DNA from: Phoronis australis
Taxonomy: Eukaryota; Animalia; Phoronida
Length of the DNA stretch: 64,000 nt
Reading direction: 5' to 3'
NCBI GenBank assembly: GCA_002633005.1
Contig: NMRA01000086.1
Location: 653,390-717,389, forward strand
In this document: piece by piece, positions 1 to 13,115 of the stretch
Layout of the letters: each line of letters starts with the position of its first letter
Position numbering within the stretch: position 1 is the stretch's first letter
Notes under the pieces: generated by a model
The model's input: only the letters and a program-made list of their open reading frames with translations
The model's database searches: none
Told to the model about the DNA's origin: nothing
Translations under genes and position numbers: made by a program

Positions 1-32
1 ACTCGGGGCTTACTAATGCATCTTAAGAGGAG

Positions 33-130
33 GCAGTGTGGCCTGGTTGATAAGAGCCCGCTTTCTTTACTCGAGGTCGTGGGTTCAAGTCTCACCAGGT
101 CACACTGCTAAACCCTTGAGCCAGGTTTCT
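33..130 (+). mobile_element. tRNA-derived SINE head, degenerate
   Basis: A-box-like TGGCCTGGTTG and B-box-like GGTTCAAGTCT at tRNA spacing, followed by cccttgagc; no complete cloverleaf. Confidence 0.55.
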
Positions 131-567
131 AGCTCCTCAGCTCGGTTTTAACCATATATTAATAAAGCGTAAAAATATTTCCAGGTGATCAGTGCAATGG
201 GCCCACATGCGAGGCCTGCGCACGTCTGATACAACATGTATCAGACCGCCTGCAATTATTTTTTATATTAATGCACCTTAACAAAATGGCGGCCACTTGT
301 TAGAGATTGGTTGGACCGTTTACATTCCGTAAGTGACGATTACTCGTTGTACCAGTATCGTAAAACTGGGAAGTTTTTTTAATCACCAAAAGTACACAGA
401 ATAACGGTTTACATACTCATCGTATTAGTAAAATACAGGAGTCCTAGGCTTTACTCTACAATGCCTTTTAACTTACTCCAGGTAACATTATGTTTTACAG
501 CAGCTAGCAAAACAAAACTAGCTATAAGCAGTAAGAAAGCAGGTTAGAAAACTATAAAGCTACTCAC

Positions 568-659
568 AGCTGAGTACATAAATATCTTTGGTACTTTGCT
601 AGACGATTCACCCTTCACAATTCGCTCCATGTTCTTCTTCAACTGCTCAACCAGGGTTC
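568..659 (-). CDS. ACP2-like: Acid phosphatase exon 8 (gene continues beyond the left edge)
   Basis: ctctag acceptor completing the phase-1 Gly codon; (G)TLVEQLKKNMERIVKGESSSKVPKIFMYSA ends just before the expected catalytic HD; GTGAGT donor; 92 nt. Confidence 0.93.
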
Positions 660-1269
660 CTAGAGGTAACGGACTGACGTGTGAATTCAGCAAGCATTTG
701 TACCCCATCACTTAATGAGACGTGGGCGGTAACAACAGCACTGCAGAAAGTGAATCACAATTCACAAGCGGCAAAAAGACTAACGGTGCTCACCCCTTTA
801 AGTATTTCCACATACTAGAGGGAACAACACTGGTGAACTTGCAGCTGAGACTACGAATGCAGAGCTAGCCATTCGAAAATTGACAAATGCAATGCTGGTA
901 GATATTGGGAATGTCATCTAACGATAGGTCGGTTCTCAACTAAACTGTCCTCTTTCGCAGACGTAGAAAAATGCATTTAATGACTGACTTACTTTTCAAA
1001 ATCCCAGCTCATTAACCAGCGAACAAAACATGTAGCACGTCCAACACCGATATTTGCATTTTATGCCAAGTTCTCGCTTTCTGCATGCATTTCATCTGCA
1101 TTGCGACAGTGAATTACACAATAACTAGGACATAAAATATTTACAAGTACATTTGTGTGAGAAAAAGTAGGACAAGTGCTTGACATGTGTATAGCATTGT
1201 GGGTATACACCACAGAAAGACCGTGGTGCTCTGCTATTTCAGGGTGAGCATTAGCGTTTATCCCGTTAC

Positions 1270-1550
1270 TCCCAACTTGTTCGATTCTACAGCCCAACAA
1301 CACGTTGAGAAGATCCCCCCTGTAGCCAATATCTTACACGACTGATTAACTCCCGTTCTGGTATTTATGGTGGGAGGCACGGCTCTCTTTTGTTCGATAA
1401 TTGCTCTAATCTACGATCAGATCGTATCTAGCCTGACTGGACTGTGCTGCTAAAAATATAACATATCTGAACATAAACCAATAGCATTTCTAAATTCCTT
1501 GTCAAATGCTGATCATGTTTAGTTTTTGAAGCATCAAAATCGCCCAGCTA
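1270..1550 (+). repeat. Dispersed repeat, second copy at about 14790-15060
   Basis: Shared blocks such as cctgtagccaatatcttacac.actgattaactcc and ctctcttttgttcgataa at both loci. Confidence 0.8.
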
Positions 1551-1564
1551 TTAACAGAAGTTAA

Positions 1565-2394
1565 GGCTATCTATTCTGTCCAAACGGATTACCGACGCAC
1601 TGGGTTCGACTGTGTTCATACGCGTTCGGTAAAAGCGTGCAACAACAGAATCTGTAATTTTGACTACTGGTTCTCACAACTAGTACCAAAAGTGTGCTGT
1701 AATGAAACGAGGTCGATCGTTTGAGTTTGTGCAAAATGGTACAAAACAATCATTTTGAAGAGTTACAAAAAATGAATCACTTGTATGTAAAATTGCAAAA
1801 TATTCAGTACAGGCATACCCACAGAATTCGAAAAAATTAATGTTATTCTCATAAAAACGCTGGCGTTCGCGCTTATAGGGTCAGCTACGCCGAGCATGCG
1901 ACTTTATTAATATAACGGGCCGCTGGGATTCGTTCCTCAGTGATGCGTATACTTTTGGGTAAATCCAGAATGAGTGATCCTCAAAAGCCGCACGTCAAAA
2001 CTTCCAAAATGAGCAGCTTCACTGAATAAACCGGGCAGCTCGAGAGCTCCTCGACTTCTTGGTGTAATAAAGCTTGCTGGAGTTCACTCGAAATGAAGAT
2101 AAATCTTTAATGGAACAAGTCCAAATGCCGATAAAATGCTTATTAACAAACGGAGAAAGCACGACACCTCGGTTACCTTTGTTAATTCATTGTTGATGAA
2201 AACCTCTACCCGGTGTCGAAAGTAGTTCAACCAGGTTTCAGTAACCATTTGAAGCCTGGGAGATAATTGGCCTGTTTGTTATCATACGGTACAAAAGACT
2301 GTGCTGGGCAGTTAACAAAGGCGCCAGATGTTATTGCACGCTCAGCACTCCCCACTTCTGGAAAAGTTGCTGAACGACAGAACGCTGTCATGGC
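1565..2394. mobile_element. TTAA-flanked non-autonomous DNA transposon remnant
   Basis: TTAA at 1561-1564 and 2395-2398; weak terminal inverted similarity (ttctgtc / gacagaa). Confidence 0.3.
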
Positions 2395-2659
2395 TTAATG
2401 ATGTGAGTCATGCACATCTTGACAGAAGTTCATTTTGACCTATCGGAATCTCGAACCCTTGCGAAAAATCGACAAACAAACAATAAGTTTTATCCGGCTT
2501 GGAAACAAAGGTGTGTCACGAATGCTGTGCTCTGATTGGTCAGTTAAGCCATCACTCAAAATCCTGACAATAGGTCACCTCATAAAGACCCTCGATAGAG
2601 ATGAAGATACCAAAAGCGGATACCAATACTAAACTTATAATATCAGCATAAGAGGCACA

Positions 2660-3600
2660 GTCCAAGTCAAGAAATATCTATAAATAGGCAAGTGCCATTC
2701 TTTCTCAGATCTTGTGTCAAAAATTTCATATCATTCTCTATCAAACTTGTTCAATGTTGGAAGCAAATGCAAGCAAATAAAACTGCCACCTGGAGGTGAC
2801 GCAGATGTAAACTGTCCAATGACAACCAGATCTCCATCAAGAGATTACAATGATGATAATGATTCTTCAAACAGTTTAGCAGATAGAAAGGCAGGTGCTG
2901 AAAACAGAGTTAAAATACTAAAAATGCCACAAAACGACACACAAGATGCTGAAGCTGTGCAAAAATAGGCAGGTGCTGTCTTCATAGAAACGTATCACAT
3001 TTCATGAAGATCATCTAACACAACGAAAATGCCACAAGGGGGCATAGCGGTAGCAGAATCCGTCCACAAGTCAATGTAAGCTGCGCTCTTCTCAACAGGA
3101 ATATAGCTGTCAAATTTCGAGATGATCATTTAAAGAACTTGAAATATATTGAGGCAGGCACAAAAAATAAAACTGCCACTAGAAGGCAAAGCAGGTGCTT
3201 GGAAATGCAAATTCCATAGCGATCCAGCCAACGACCTGGCAGATATAGAAGCAACAGACATGAGTGAAAAAATTCAAACTGCTTACAGGTGGCACAACAG
3301 TACTTGCATCCATCCAAAAGTAGTCCTTATCAAGACAGATCAAATTTCATCACGTGACTATCTTTCACTGGAGTAGGCTGCCCCTAGAGGGTGTAGCGGT
3401 ATTTGAAAGTCAAGTGTCTTGTTGTCTGAAAACTAGATCAGCCTTTCTCTCCTCACAAGAAACATGTCTAAAATTTCATTTCACAACAAAATGCACAAAA
3501 AACTAAAATTGCCACTAGGGGGCATAGCTAGAAGGCCTGATGCCACTAGTGAGTGGCACATCAAAATACGCTTCACTTTGGCAAAACCCTCAAAGTCATG
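2660..3600 (-). mobile_element. Degenerate HINE-family array, minus orientation
   Basis: Recurrent gccac(t/a)agggggca-like and aaatttca blocks at about 130-160 bp spacing; reverse complement of the array at 18728-20266. Confidence 0.7.
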
Positions 3601-4269
3601 GCGATATAAATGCCACTTAATTCTAGCTTATAGAGACATCTCAGCAGGCCGTCAGTAACTTTAAAGCTTTACAAATTGAAGAAATACTTTAAGAATTAAG
3701 ACTTCTTTCAAACATTCCACTTCATTCATCAACAAAATTGTGAACTAGTCATTTTTGTTGTGACTGCATCAACGCGCCTGTCAACAACATAAAGGTTGAC
3801 TTCCATGGCAGATCACCAGTGATTGAAACTTGGACATCAGGACTGCCACTTTTGAGGTAAAATAGCAATGTTAATGATGAGTGAAGAGATATGTTGGAAA
3901 CAAACCTTAATTACCAGAGTCTAGGTTTGAGTTGAAAGAAATTAAAGACATTGACGCCCTCCAAAGGTGTCCTCTCTAAGCTTCAAAGGTACTTATGGCA
4001 AGGTGACTTTGACGATTTAGACAGTGTGAGGCATAATTTGCCAAAAAGGTCCCCACATACAGAGGGCCTATGGGATGGCCACTGTCTCTGAGCCTCATGA
4101 CATCATGCAAGACATTCAAGGTTGGCTATACCAGCCTAATAATATAACTTTTTGTCAAAACAATACTAACCAATAGTTATTATAATGGTTAGTTACCGGC
4201 GGAATCATGACAATCTCGGAAGTAGCTGACCCAAAGCATCAGCAACCATACAGGAAGTTGAGCACTCAC

Positions 4270-4393
4270 CAGAACGTAAACGTTGTTTCATTTCCGTGTC
4301 AAACATGTAGTAAAATCCCAGCCCATGATAGTGCTTCACCTTAGCATATTTCTCATCATTCATGAATGGTGCCCAGGTCATGTTATGAGCTTT
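4270..4393 (-). CDS. ACP2-like: Acid phosphatase exon 7
   Basis: ttttccacag acceptor; KAHNMTWAPFMNDEKYAKVKHYHGLGFYYMFDTEMKQRLRS+G; GTGAGT donor in phase 1; 124 nt. Confidence 0.92.
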
Positions 4394-4711
4394 CTGTGGA
4401 AAAAGTTGAAACCGTCAACACAGACCACCAAAGGAACATTACAGTATTGACGACACTAGACCATCAGCTAATCTTTAATGTGAACACCCATTCAATAAAA
4501 GCTTCATGTGTACACCTATTAACTTCTGATCATAACAAAACTTCATGAAGTCATACATGGGCCAGACTATCGGCCACTATAAAGTATTTACAGAGGCAGC
4601 CACCAGGAGGCTGAGAGATCATCACTTATCAATCAAAAGACAATTTTACCCCTTTTCAAGAAAAAAAATTAGAAGATCAATACAAATCAAAAAAACAATT
4701 ACGATAATTAC

Positions 4712-4804
4712 CTCTGCTACGAAAGGATCAGCCACTTTCCACATGGTTGAAATACCTACAGTGTAGTCAACCCCCATGTCCTTTTCAAGGCCAGAAAAGA
4801 AATC
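4712..4804 (-). CDS. ACP2-like: Acid phosphatase exon 6
   Basis: tttcag acceptor; DFFSGLEKDMGVDYTVGISTMWKVADPFVAE (DF...W.V.DP..E pattern); GTAATT donor; 93 nt. Confidence 0.92.
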
Positions 4805-5459
4805 CTGAAATCCCAGAAGAAAACGATGATGCAATGTTTTTAAGTTTTATGGTCTTGTGAATCAGTTATCAATTCTACACGGTCACCATAAAATCCTTTA
4901 CTTAAATTTTCAATGAATTCACAAAGACACATTATAACTAAGAATTTCATTTCAATGTCATAAAATAAAGTTGCCCTTTTCTTGTCTTTAAAACCTTTCA
5001 GTGGTGAGGTGAATATTGCGAACAAGCCATGTTAAAATAAAAAACAAAGCATTGACATGTGCCCACAATGCATCGCAAACAGTAAGATCAACTTCAGGCT
5101 GTGCAAGGTACAAACACACAACAGTTGGACCACCAGCAGTAGTTGCAATAGTCAGATTTGACAAAAAGGAAATGGTATCTCACCTAAATTCATTAGTGGG
5201 GACTTCATGACCTAATTAAGTACAGCATGACATGGCCACTGGCCTGAAGCATCACTTATTGATAGTACGTGTCCACACCGCATGAGACCAGTCAAAACTT
5301 GATGAAAGTGTGTAAGGGCAAATGACCAAATTAAGCGAAAACAGACGACAAAATCAGTAAATAAACAATAAAAAATTTTGCTCCGATTTTTTGCTGCGGA
5401 GATTTTGTGTACTTTGTGAAAATCACTGTCAACTTCCAGCAGGAATGCTCAAGCACATT

Positions 5460-7165
5460 TACGGACAAAGAGGCGAACAATGAAAAACATACACAAAAAC
5501 GATAGAAAGGCCACTAGCGGTCACAACATAGGTCAAATATGTCTGAAATGGGGCAGGCACCATCGCCTTCATGATGATAACTTACATGTCACATTCCATG
5601 TACGTCCGTCATACCTGTTAATGCAGAAGCATTAGTCTTTTGTTTAGAATGCTTTATGTCCACCAGAGGCATTGTGTGTACATCTTAGGGCATTTCCAAA
5701 GTGCATCGTAATTGTGGCCTACTCCCAATCCTAGGGAATTGTATATTGGCTATGTATATGTTACCATTGTAATCTAACCAATCAGAGTACTGTTTGATGG
5801 TTTCTAGCTTGAGCAATCATTTGTAGTGCTCATTTTGAATATTGGTTCTTGTCATGTAGTGATGCACTTTAGAGGGCTTAGTCTGGGCCATGCCAAAAAC
5901 TCTAGCAAGTAATTTAGTTAATGCTTTATGTTCATCCTATTCGTGTAGGTCGGCTGGACTGTATACCTAGTGTTTCGTTGTTAACCTGTAATGACTGCTT
6001 TGTGGTGATTTCGTAGAATGCGGGTTCAAGCCTCATGCGCTAGCCATATTGAGTAAAGTTTTGAGAATATTGCTTGGTTCTGTTGTCCGACAAACTTTAT
6101 TTATCGTTTGTAGATAACCGTCACTTCAAGAGTAAAACTGTTGAAAAAAGCTGACACGTTCTATTATCGCCCACTCTAATAACACCAAACAAACGACCAC
6201 TAGGGGTCACAGATTTAAGTCGAACCCGTATGAAAATGGTAAGGCATTATCATAAACTTAATAGAAACCTATTTCCCAAATTTCGAAACAAAAGCAGCAC
6301 CAAGCATTGATATGCAACCGGCATGTGCCTCACATGGCGCTGTAGTCTACATTTTAACGTACCTTCCACATTACAGGAATATTCATCAATAAAATTGTCA
6401 CTAGGAGACTCCACAGCAGCCTGGTTTGTCCCAATAGAAACAAATTTCAAATTTCATGAAGACCCATCAAGGAACTTGTACTGAACCACAGACAAAAGGA
6501 AATTGACACAATAAGGTGCCATAGCAGTTAGACCCCTTCAAAAATCATCGCCAGACATGTACTTCACAGTAGGAGCACACATGCCACATTTCATAATGAA
6601 TCTAAGAGCCATTCGGGTGATAAAGAGGCAGATGCCAAAAGCCACACTCAAAAATTACAAAAATGATGGTATACAATATGCCGAATCCATCAAAAATTGG
6701 AAGACGTCACCCTCTGTTTAATGGAGCTCCAATAGCCATGTTTCATGAAAATCTGAAGGTACAGAGGAAAACATAAAACAACTGAACTGATCACTGAGGG
6801 ACACAGCAGTTGTCGAATCGAACCGGAACTCCTCGCCATCTGCTGTCAGCTAGACAGGAATACATCTGTCTCATATCATTTAGATCCTGTAAGAGGTTTA
6901 AGGTACATCAGGAGACACCACTTGCTCAGACAGAGGTGACGGAAATACGCATCCATGTATATGTGGGTACATACAAATAGCCACAAAGGGGCACAGTGGT
7001 AGTCATATCTGTCTGAAAGTCATCATTTGTCGTCATCTCCATAGAAACACATCTGCCAACTTTCCTAAAGAGTTTTGGAGATACAATAGCGGATAGAGGA
7101 CGCCCTGACGCAAGATGCAGATGACAGCAATATGCGACCACATATAAATATGTGAAAACAAAAAA
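5460..7165 (-). mobile_element. Degenerate, nested HINE-family copies, minus orientation
   Basis: Reverse-complement 5' ends (gcgaccacatataaatatgtg near 7135; gtatatgtgggtacata near 6960) plus monomer motifs; interrupted at 5616-6156. Confidence 0.7.
5616..6156 (+). mobile_element. Candidate solo LTR
   Basis: 541-bp block interrupting a HINE monomer, TGTTA...TGACA termini, CCAAT box, AGTAAA signals; no target-site duplication found. Confidence 0.35.
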
Positions 7166-7535
7166 TGATATTCCCCGGCTAGGCCATTAACATTACCCCA
7201 TCGTTCTGCATTTTAGCCACCAGGGGATAGAAGTATTAGTCGTCATATCACTGCTTGGTCCATTTGCAAATACACCACTCGACAGAGCTCTTTACTCACC
7301 AGACGAGGGTTGTAAAAATTACCAACTGGAACATAGAGCAAGATCCAGAAATGAGCTTGGTGTAGCCATGTCAACAAGGGGTGTTACCAAGAGGTCAGAA
7401 TAAACCTTGCTAAAGCCCTGATAAAGACTTGGTCCCATGAACTGATGAACGTGATGAGAGTACATGCACTTCACCAATGACACTACTGGACCTCAACCAA
7501 GGCACAAATAGAGCTGCTGTGAGACTAATACTAAC

Positions 7536-7631
7536 TTTATCAGCCTTTTCTTGATCCACAACCTCATCTGAACTCCAAGTTTCCGCCATGAGCTCGTCAA
7601 CCTTCTTACACTTGACATCCCAACGCAAGAG
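7536..7631 (-). CDS. ACP2-like: Acid phosphatase exon 5
   Basis: ttttcattttcag acceptor; LLRWDVKCKKVDELMAETWSSDEVVDQEKADK (LL..C..E pattern at the expected position); GTTAGT donor; 96 nt, phase 0/0. Confidence 0.88.
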
Positions 7632-8027
7632 CTGAAAATGAAAACATACCCATCAAGTGCAGTAAAGAGACTATTAACATTAGACACTAGATGTCACCCC
7701 ACACCAACAGGTCTCGACTCAAATTTTACTATGCCATCACCACACCTGCACACTACCAAACAAAACTCAAACTGCAGGTTACCATTAAATCATCTCCCCA
7801 TGTGGTCCTGCATTACGTTTCCACGGCAGTGAAGAGCAGTCACTAACGTTCGCCTCTAAAAGTGATGCTATACCAGGAAAACTCATGCATCCCTCTTTTA
7901 AAGCTGCCACTACCGTTTTGTCAACATTCGCTATTCAAGGCACGGTTGGTGTCTCCCTCAACCAGAGTAACAGTTACTAGAAGTACTCTTTAGTCAAGCG
8001 TAGTCTCAAGGAGACTTCAGCACTTAC

Positions 8028-8183
8028 GGTATCAGTAGACTTGTTGTATGTATGTACGGGTACAGGCTGCCAGTTGGGTATTTTCTCATTCCATATCTGA
8101 TAACCATGAGGCGGGAAGAGACCGCTGAGGTCAGAATACGCACTCATCAATGTCCTGTCTACATCTGTACTCCTGATAGCGAT
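8028..8183 (-). CDS. ACP2-like: Acid phosphatase exon 4
   Basis: ttgcag acceptor; [52 protein letters not shown] (RSTDxDRTLMSA and WQPVPVHT hallmarks); GTAAGT donor; 156 nt. Confidence 0.97.
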
Positions 8184-9639
8184 CTGCAAGACGAGTTAGA
8201 CAGTGAAACTCACAGAGGTCACTAGAGGAAGCCATGTGACCATCTTCAACTTGATTGAAAACGATCTTGACAGCTCATTTTAGGCTAGGACACATATTAC
8301 ATCATATTTCCCAAAAAACACTCGTTAATGGGGTAGACAAAGGATATTACGGATCATTTATCCAGTTGAGTAACTAGATGCATAAAAGTGTAATTGGAAC
8401 TTCTGCAACTTATTGTGAAATAACTTTCTCCCACTTTGCGGAGCCACCTCTTCAACATTGGGAAAAATTCTTTTACAATCAGGAAGTAGTCATTTACAAG
8501 TTTTTGCATCTTTATTGGAGTACTTTCTGAAACTAATTTGCGTGGTGGTGTAGCGACCAAATCAGATACATGTTGTCTACCAGTCGAGGCTCCTGAGACG
8601 GCGATAAGCTCAGTGGGTTATTGCTTTTTACACAACTGAAGGATAAACTAGGATTTGGTCTAAACATTTGTTAAATGCTTTTGGCATCAACTTTTAACTT
8701 CATTTCTTTGAACTGGTACAAGTCATATCATTTTGCATGATAATTAAGGCTACACTTCTAAGTCCATTTATGCCATAACCTGGCCGAAGACAAGGACGTG
8801 AAACCGATCAGCATGTTTTACGTGCACAACACCGAGACCGAGTTTTCATTTTTCACGGGCTTTATGCAAAATTTAAAAGCAATTTAATCCACTTATTGAT
8901 CAGTGAGAGATGCTCCTTTGAACAACAAGTGTGGTAGACTGACATGAGATTGAAGTCATACCTATCATGATCTGACAGCGGATCAAAATAAGGGATCGGA
9001 AACCCAGTGGCTGGAATCATAATTTATTACTCTGGTCAAACCGCTAAATCCAATGTTTGGGTTATATAAGCCTAAATACAATGGCAAGTGACTCCATCTT
9101 AAGTGATCAGATGATTGGCAACCTTCCAAGCACTACAAGTAGCAGGCGTGCGTTGGGTAGACCTAGTTTCTTGCAAGAAAAGCAAGAACTCGCAAAACTT
9201 TGCCAGATATTGTGAAGTATTATTACAAGAGAAGCATATCTGCATTATATTCCTTAGCAAGATTCTTGCATCTATAAGACTCTAGCCAGGTAAACTATGC
9301 GGCACAGAGTGCTGGTGGTGGCCTTAAAGATTGGACAGTGCACAGAACTGCAGCCAAGGCCAACATGAGGCCCGACTAAACAATAATAAGCGAGCAAATT
9401 CTGTCAGTGCAAATGATTGTGATTTAGTAAAAGTTGATACAGCTCTTACTGGCCTTCTCTGCGGCCTTCCGTTAGCAGAAATATTTTCGAAGCTCTGGCT
9501 ACAGCAACATAATTTTACACCCAGAGAATGGATGTATATAGAACTGATTATGAAGTTAGTCTAATAATCAAATAACCTTACAATTATAAGGATCAGCCTG
9601 AAATTAAAGAAAAAACAACATATTTGATGTTGCAATAAT

Positions 9640-10030
9640 TGTCACATGCTTAGAGATATAATTGCATGCTCCTGACTATGCTAATGTGAAGCAGGAACTT
9701 AACGACAAAGCTGTTTGAACATAATCTATGCTAAACAAAGTGCAGTTGTATTCATTGACAACTTGTAAATGCGAAAACAAAAAATCCTGCAAATAGATGA
9801 CCTTTGCAGTAATGACGTAATAGGGGGCTCACAAAATCCGCATCATGCAGTGTTATTCCCCAACATGTCACGATACTTACTGAACACGGTTGAGTGATTT
9901 ACGGCGGATCATTTTCGACACAAAACTCGTTCTTAAAAACATTTGGCAATTTTCAACCTACTTCAATTTCACATCATTGCTTTATGTTGTGCTTCTAACT
10001 AATTTGAGCAAGCAATCACACAAATAAATG
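9640..10030. repeat. Dispersed repeat, inverted copy at about 45780-46160
   Basis: tgcagttgtattca.tgacaacttgtaaatg and cttaaaaacatttggcaattttcaacctacttca match the other locus in reverse complement. Confidence 0.85.
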
Positions 10031-11270
10031 TGCAAGTTTCACTTTAAGATAGGCCAATTGATGTCAGACTAGCAAAGAGTTTACTAAAAAGTAACTCTGA
10101 AGATATGAAAATGCCTAACTAAAAATATCACCTCTGGGCAAAAAGGTGTGGAAAACCATTTTTGATAGTGTATTTTTCCTAAATGATGGAAAGTTGAGAA
10201 AAAAAAATTGGCAGCTGTTTACACTCCCCAAAGTCTGAACGTGTAAAACTAAGATGCGTGGTCATCTGACAATTTCTTAAACTTTGGCTGATTTCACATG
10301 GAATGACCGGAAAAACAGAATAAAAAGTCATACAAAGCAGAAGTAGACATAGTTAGCAAGATTAACACATCTAGCTTTGATATGCACCCACTGCGTGCAT
10401 CGCATGAAGCAAAGATACAAGGTATGACCATAATTTCATTCCAGACAAAGGGAAGTAATACTAAACTTAAAACAACCTCTAGGGGGTGCAAAGCAATTCT
10501 GCAATACTCTCCTCAATAGGAACACACCTGCCACCTTTCAACCAAGTTCTACATGGATGACAAAAAAGAGGCTGCGTGATACCATGGATTATAGATAACA
10601 GATTCGCGACTCTCGACATTTTCTTGCATAATAGCCTAGAGGAGGCACCACCCTCTGAACATAGCAAACTCAGCTTCCAGTTAGTGTATTGTGACCGGAT
10701 ATTCTTGCATTTATTTTAGTGTCCAGTCCAATAAAAAATAATAATCTCAGCATTGAAACGCTGTTCAGTCTTTCAATAATAGAACTCTAGGAACCGTAAG
10801 TACTTTTCGCAATGCTACTACCCGACCACACAACAGCCAACCATGATAAGCAGATGACATGCTTGCCGGTAGTGAAACGTACTTTGTCTGCCAGGTGTTG
10901 CTAGTGAATAGTGACATCATGGCTCACCCGTAAGGTCATAGATTTTGTTCATTGAAAATATAAGGAGTTGGAAGACCGTGTATTTCACGATACTAGCATA
11001 TTTGTCGAATTGCATGAATGTCCATCACGGAACTTGGTAGATATGACGGCAAATGCAAAGAAAACCAAACTTGCCACTAGGGGACTTTGCCGTAATTGGC
11101 CCTGTTAAAAAATCATAGTCAGTCGTGCTCTTCAGACTTGAGAATAATTAAAATGACCGCAAGGTGATCGAATCCATCTGAAAATAACAAGGCTTTATCA
11201 TCTCTTTAGCAGAAACCTATCCGACTATCACGATACCTAAGAAACAGAGAACATAAAAAAACGCAAATGC

Positions 11271-11464
11271 CGGACGGATGGACCGATTATGGCGGACGGA
11301 TGGACTGATAATGGCAGACGGATGGACTGATAATGGCGGACGGATGGACTGATAATGGCGGACGGATGGACTGATAATGGCGTACGGATGGACTGATAAT
11401 GGCGGACGGATGGACTGGTAATGGCGGACGGATGGACTGATAATGGCGGACGAATGGACTGATA
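11271..11464. repeat. 22-bp minisatellite (ATGGCGGACGGATGGACTGATA) x about 8.8
   Basis: Directly visible tandem array inside a minus-strand HINE (about 11020-11520). Confidence 0.97.
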
Positions 11465-11886
11465 GAGGAAGGATCTGATAGTAATACGTGATCACATATG
11501 TATGTGGCCACATAAAAATAGCATTTTACGATTTTTTGGTTGCGCGATTTTATTGAGGCAACGAAAGAGAGACTGTTGTGCGACAGTCGCAAACAGTGCA
11601 TGACAGCTCTGAGATTTGGATCTGCCATAAAACTGTCAATGTTGAAATAATAAAGAACATGTTCAAAGCCTTAAGTAGAGCTTCAACAATGGCAATTAAT
11701 GTTGAACGACACCTGACTAACAAGAGACTGACATGAGACTTTCGAAAATTATTTTCGCACAAACATCGTATGCTTATCGTAGGACTTAAAGACACAGTGG
11801 CTTCACTTACACATGGTCATGTCAATGGTTACGAGTGGACCACACGTCTTCGAAACGCATCCAACAACAGCGTACACACATCTTAC

Positions 11887-11976
11887 CTCGGAGTGTCTGT
11901 AGTATGTATCGTTAATAAAACCATTAAAGCGCTCACGGAAGAACCTGCCGAGATTGTATTGCTGCCTCATTCCTAT
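11887..11976 (-). CDS. ACP2-like: Acid phosphatase exon 3
   Basis: ttttgtag acceptor; IGMRQQYNLGRFFRERFNGFINDTYYRHSE matches the family pattern GxxQxYxLGxxxRxRY/F; GTAAGA donor; 90 nt. Confidence 0.95.
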
Positions 11977-12197
11977 CTACAAAATAGCAACACCAAGAAT
12001 ACTCAATCAAAATAATGGGCAACTCGATATTCACTCACAAGGTGGTGCTGATGCAAACAGATCCTCTTTTTAACACAGAAATGAAAACAGTTCATCAACA
12101 TGGCTGTGGTTGTTATTTGTGTGATTAGAATTCTATACCATTAGGCAAGGAAACTTGCTTCACTGACATTACCAAGTAAGTGAGTTCCCCCTCGTCA

Positions 12198-13115
12198 TTA
12201 CAAAGAACATTTACAGGTGAAAGCAGACACATTTGGTTCTCATGACTTATAAGTCCCTGGGTAACTATGCATGCAAAAATAATTAAGTGACATCATCAGC
12301 TAAACATCTTGTTACTACTTTCAATGAGCAAAAACAATGACCAACTCACTAGCCATACATGTCGTGAACACATCCACTAAAACAAGAAACTGTAAGAACA
12401 CCACATTTATCCACCTTCACTCTTATCAGGCTTCTATTGTGAGTCAGCATGCGNTCTTTTGGGCATTTGAAGACTATTTTAAAGACGACAAATTTGTTAG
12501 GAATTGATGGCACAAAATATAAAACGTGTAATAAGCATTACAAAAAGAAGTAGGTTTCGCGCGCAACCGCTGTGGACCATAAATAAGTAGGTCTCTTAGA
12601 AAGCAGTTAATAGTTAAGTTGTGGAGGTGTAGTGGTAACGCACGCACGCTCTATACGTCAGGTCGTGAGTTCGAGTCTTAGGTTCTTGCAGTTTTTCTGT
12701 TCAACACGTTCTCCATTTTTTTTTTCTTTTTTTTCTTTTTTGCCTCTTTTGTCTTCAGGAATCAAGGAAAATGCTTGATTTTTAGAGGTAAAAACAGAAA
12801 AATTCCTTGGGCTAGTGGGGGGGTTTGCCCCCCTCCCCCCCCGACCTCCCCCCACTTCGGTGCCATGTGCATCTACAATCGTGGTTCAGTTTGCGCAAAT
12901 GCTTACAGCCGGACAAAAAGTTGGGCCCCCCCTTGTGATATCCTAGATCCGCCACTGTTACAAAGACCATTTACAGGAAAAAGCAGACACATTTGGTTCT
13001 CATGACCTACAAGTCCCTGGGTAACTATGCCTGCAAAAATAATTAAGTGACATCATCAGCTAAACATCTTGTTACTACTTTCAATGAGCAAAAACAATGA
13101 CCAACTCACTAGCCA
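12198..13115 (+). repeat. 158-bp direct duplication (12198-12355 and 12958-13115) around a one-ended MITE/SINE insert
   Basis: About 6 mismatches between copies; insert ends ...tcctagatccgccactg; single N at 12454. Confidence 0.9.
12621..12685 (+). mobile_element. tRNA-like SINE head fragment
   Basis: GTGTAGTGGTAA (A box) and GAGTTCGAGTC (B box); degenerate stems. Confidence 0.45.

Noticed and set aside
33-100. Functional tRNA gene (also 12621-12685)
   Set aside because: A and B boxes present but acceptor and anticodon stems do not pair; treated as SINE heads.
5614-5730. Alternative phosphatase exon 5 containing WKCPK
   Set aside because: Wrong phase and in-frame stop; 7536-7631 fits phase, length and pattern.
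11271-11464. CRISPR-like array
   Set aside because: Head-to-tail repeats without unique spacers; eukaryotic intron; no cas genes.
11217-11628. ORFs with repeated SVRHYQSIRPP peptides
   Set aside because: Translation of the 22-bp minisatellite; no splice or homology support.
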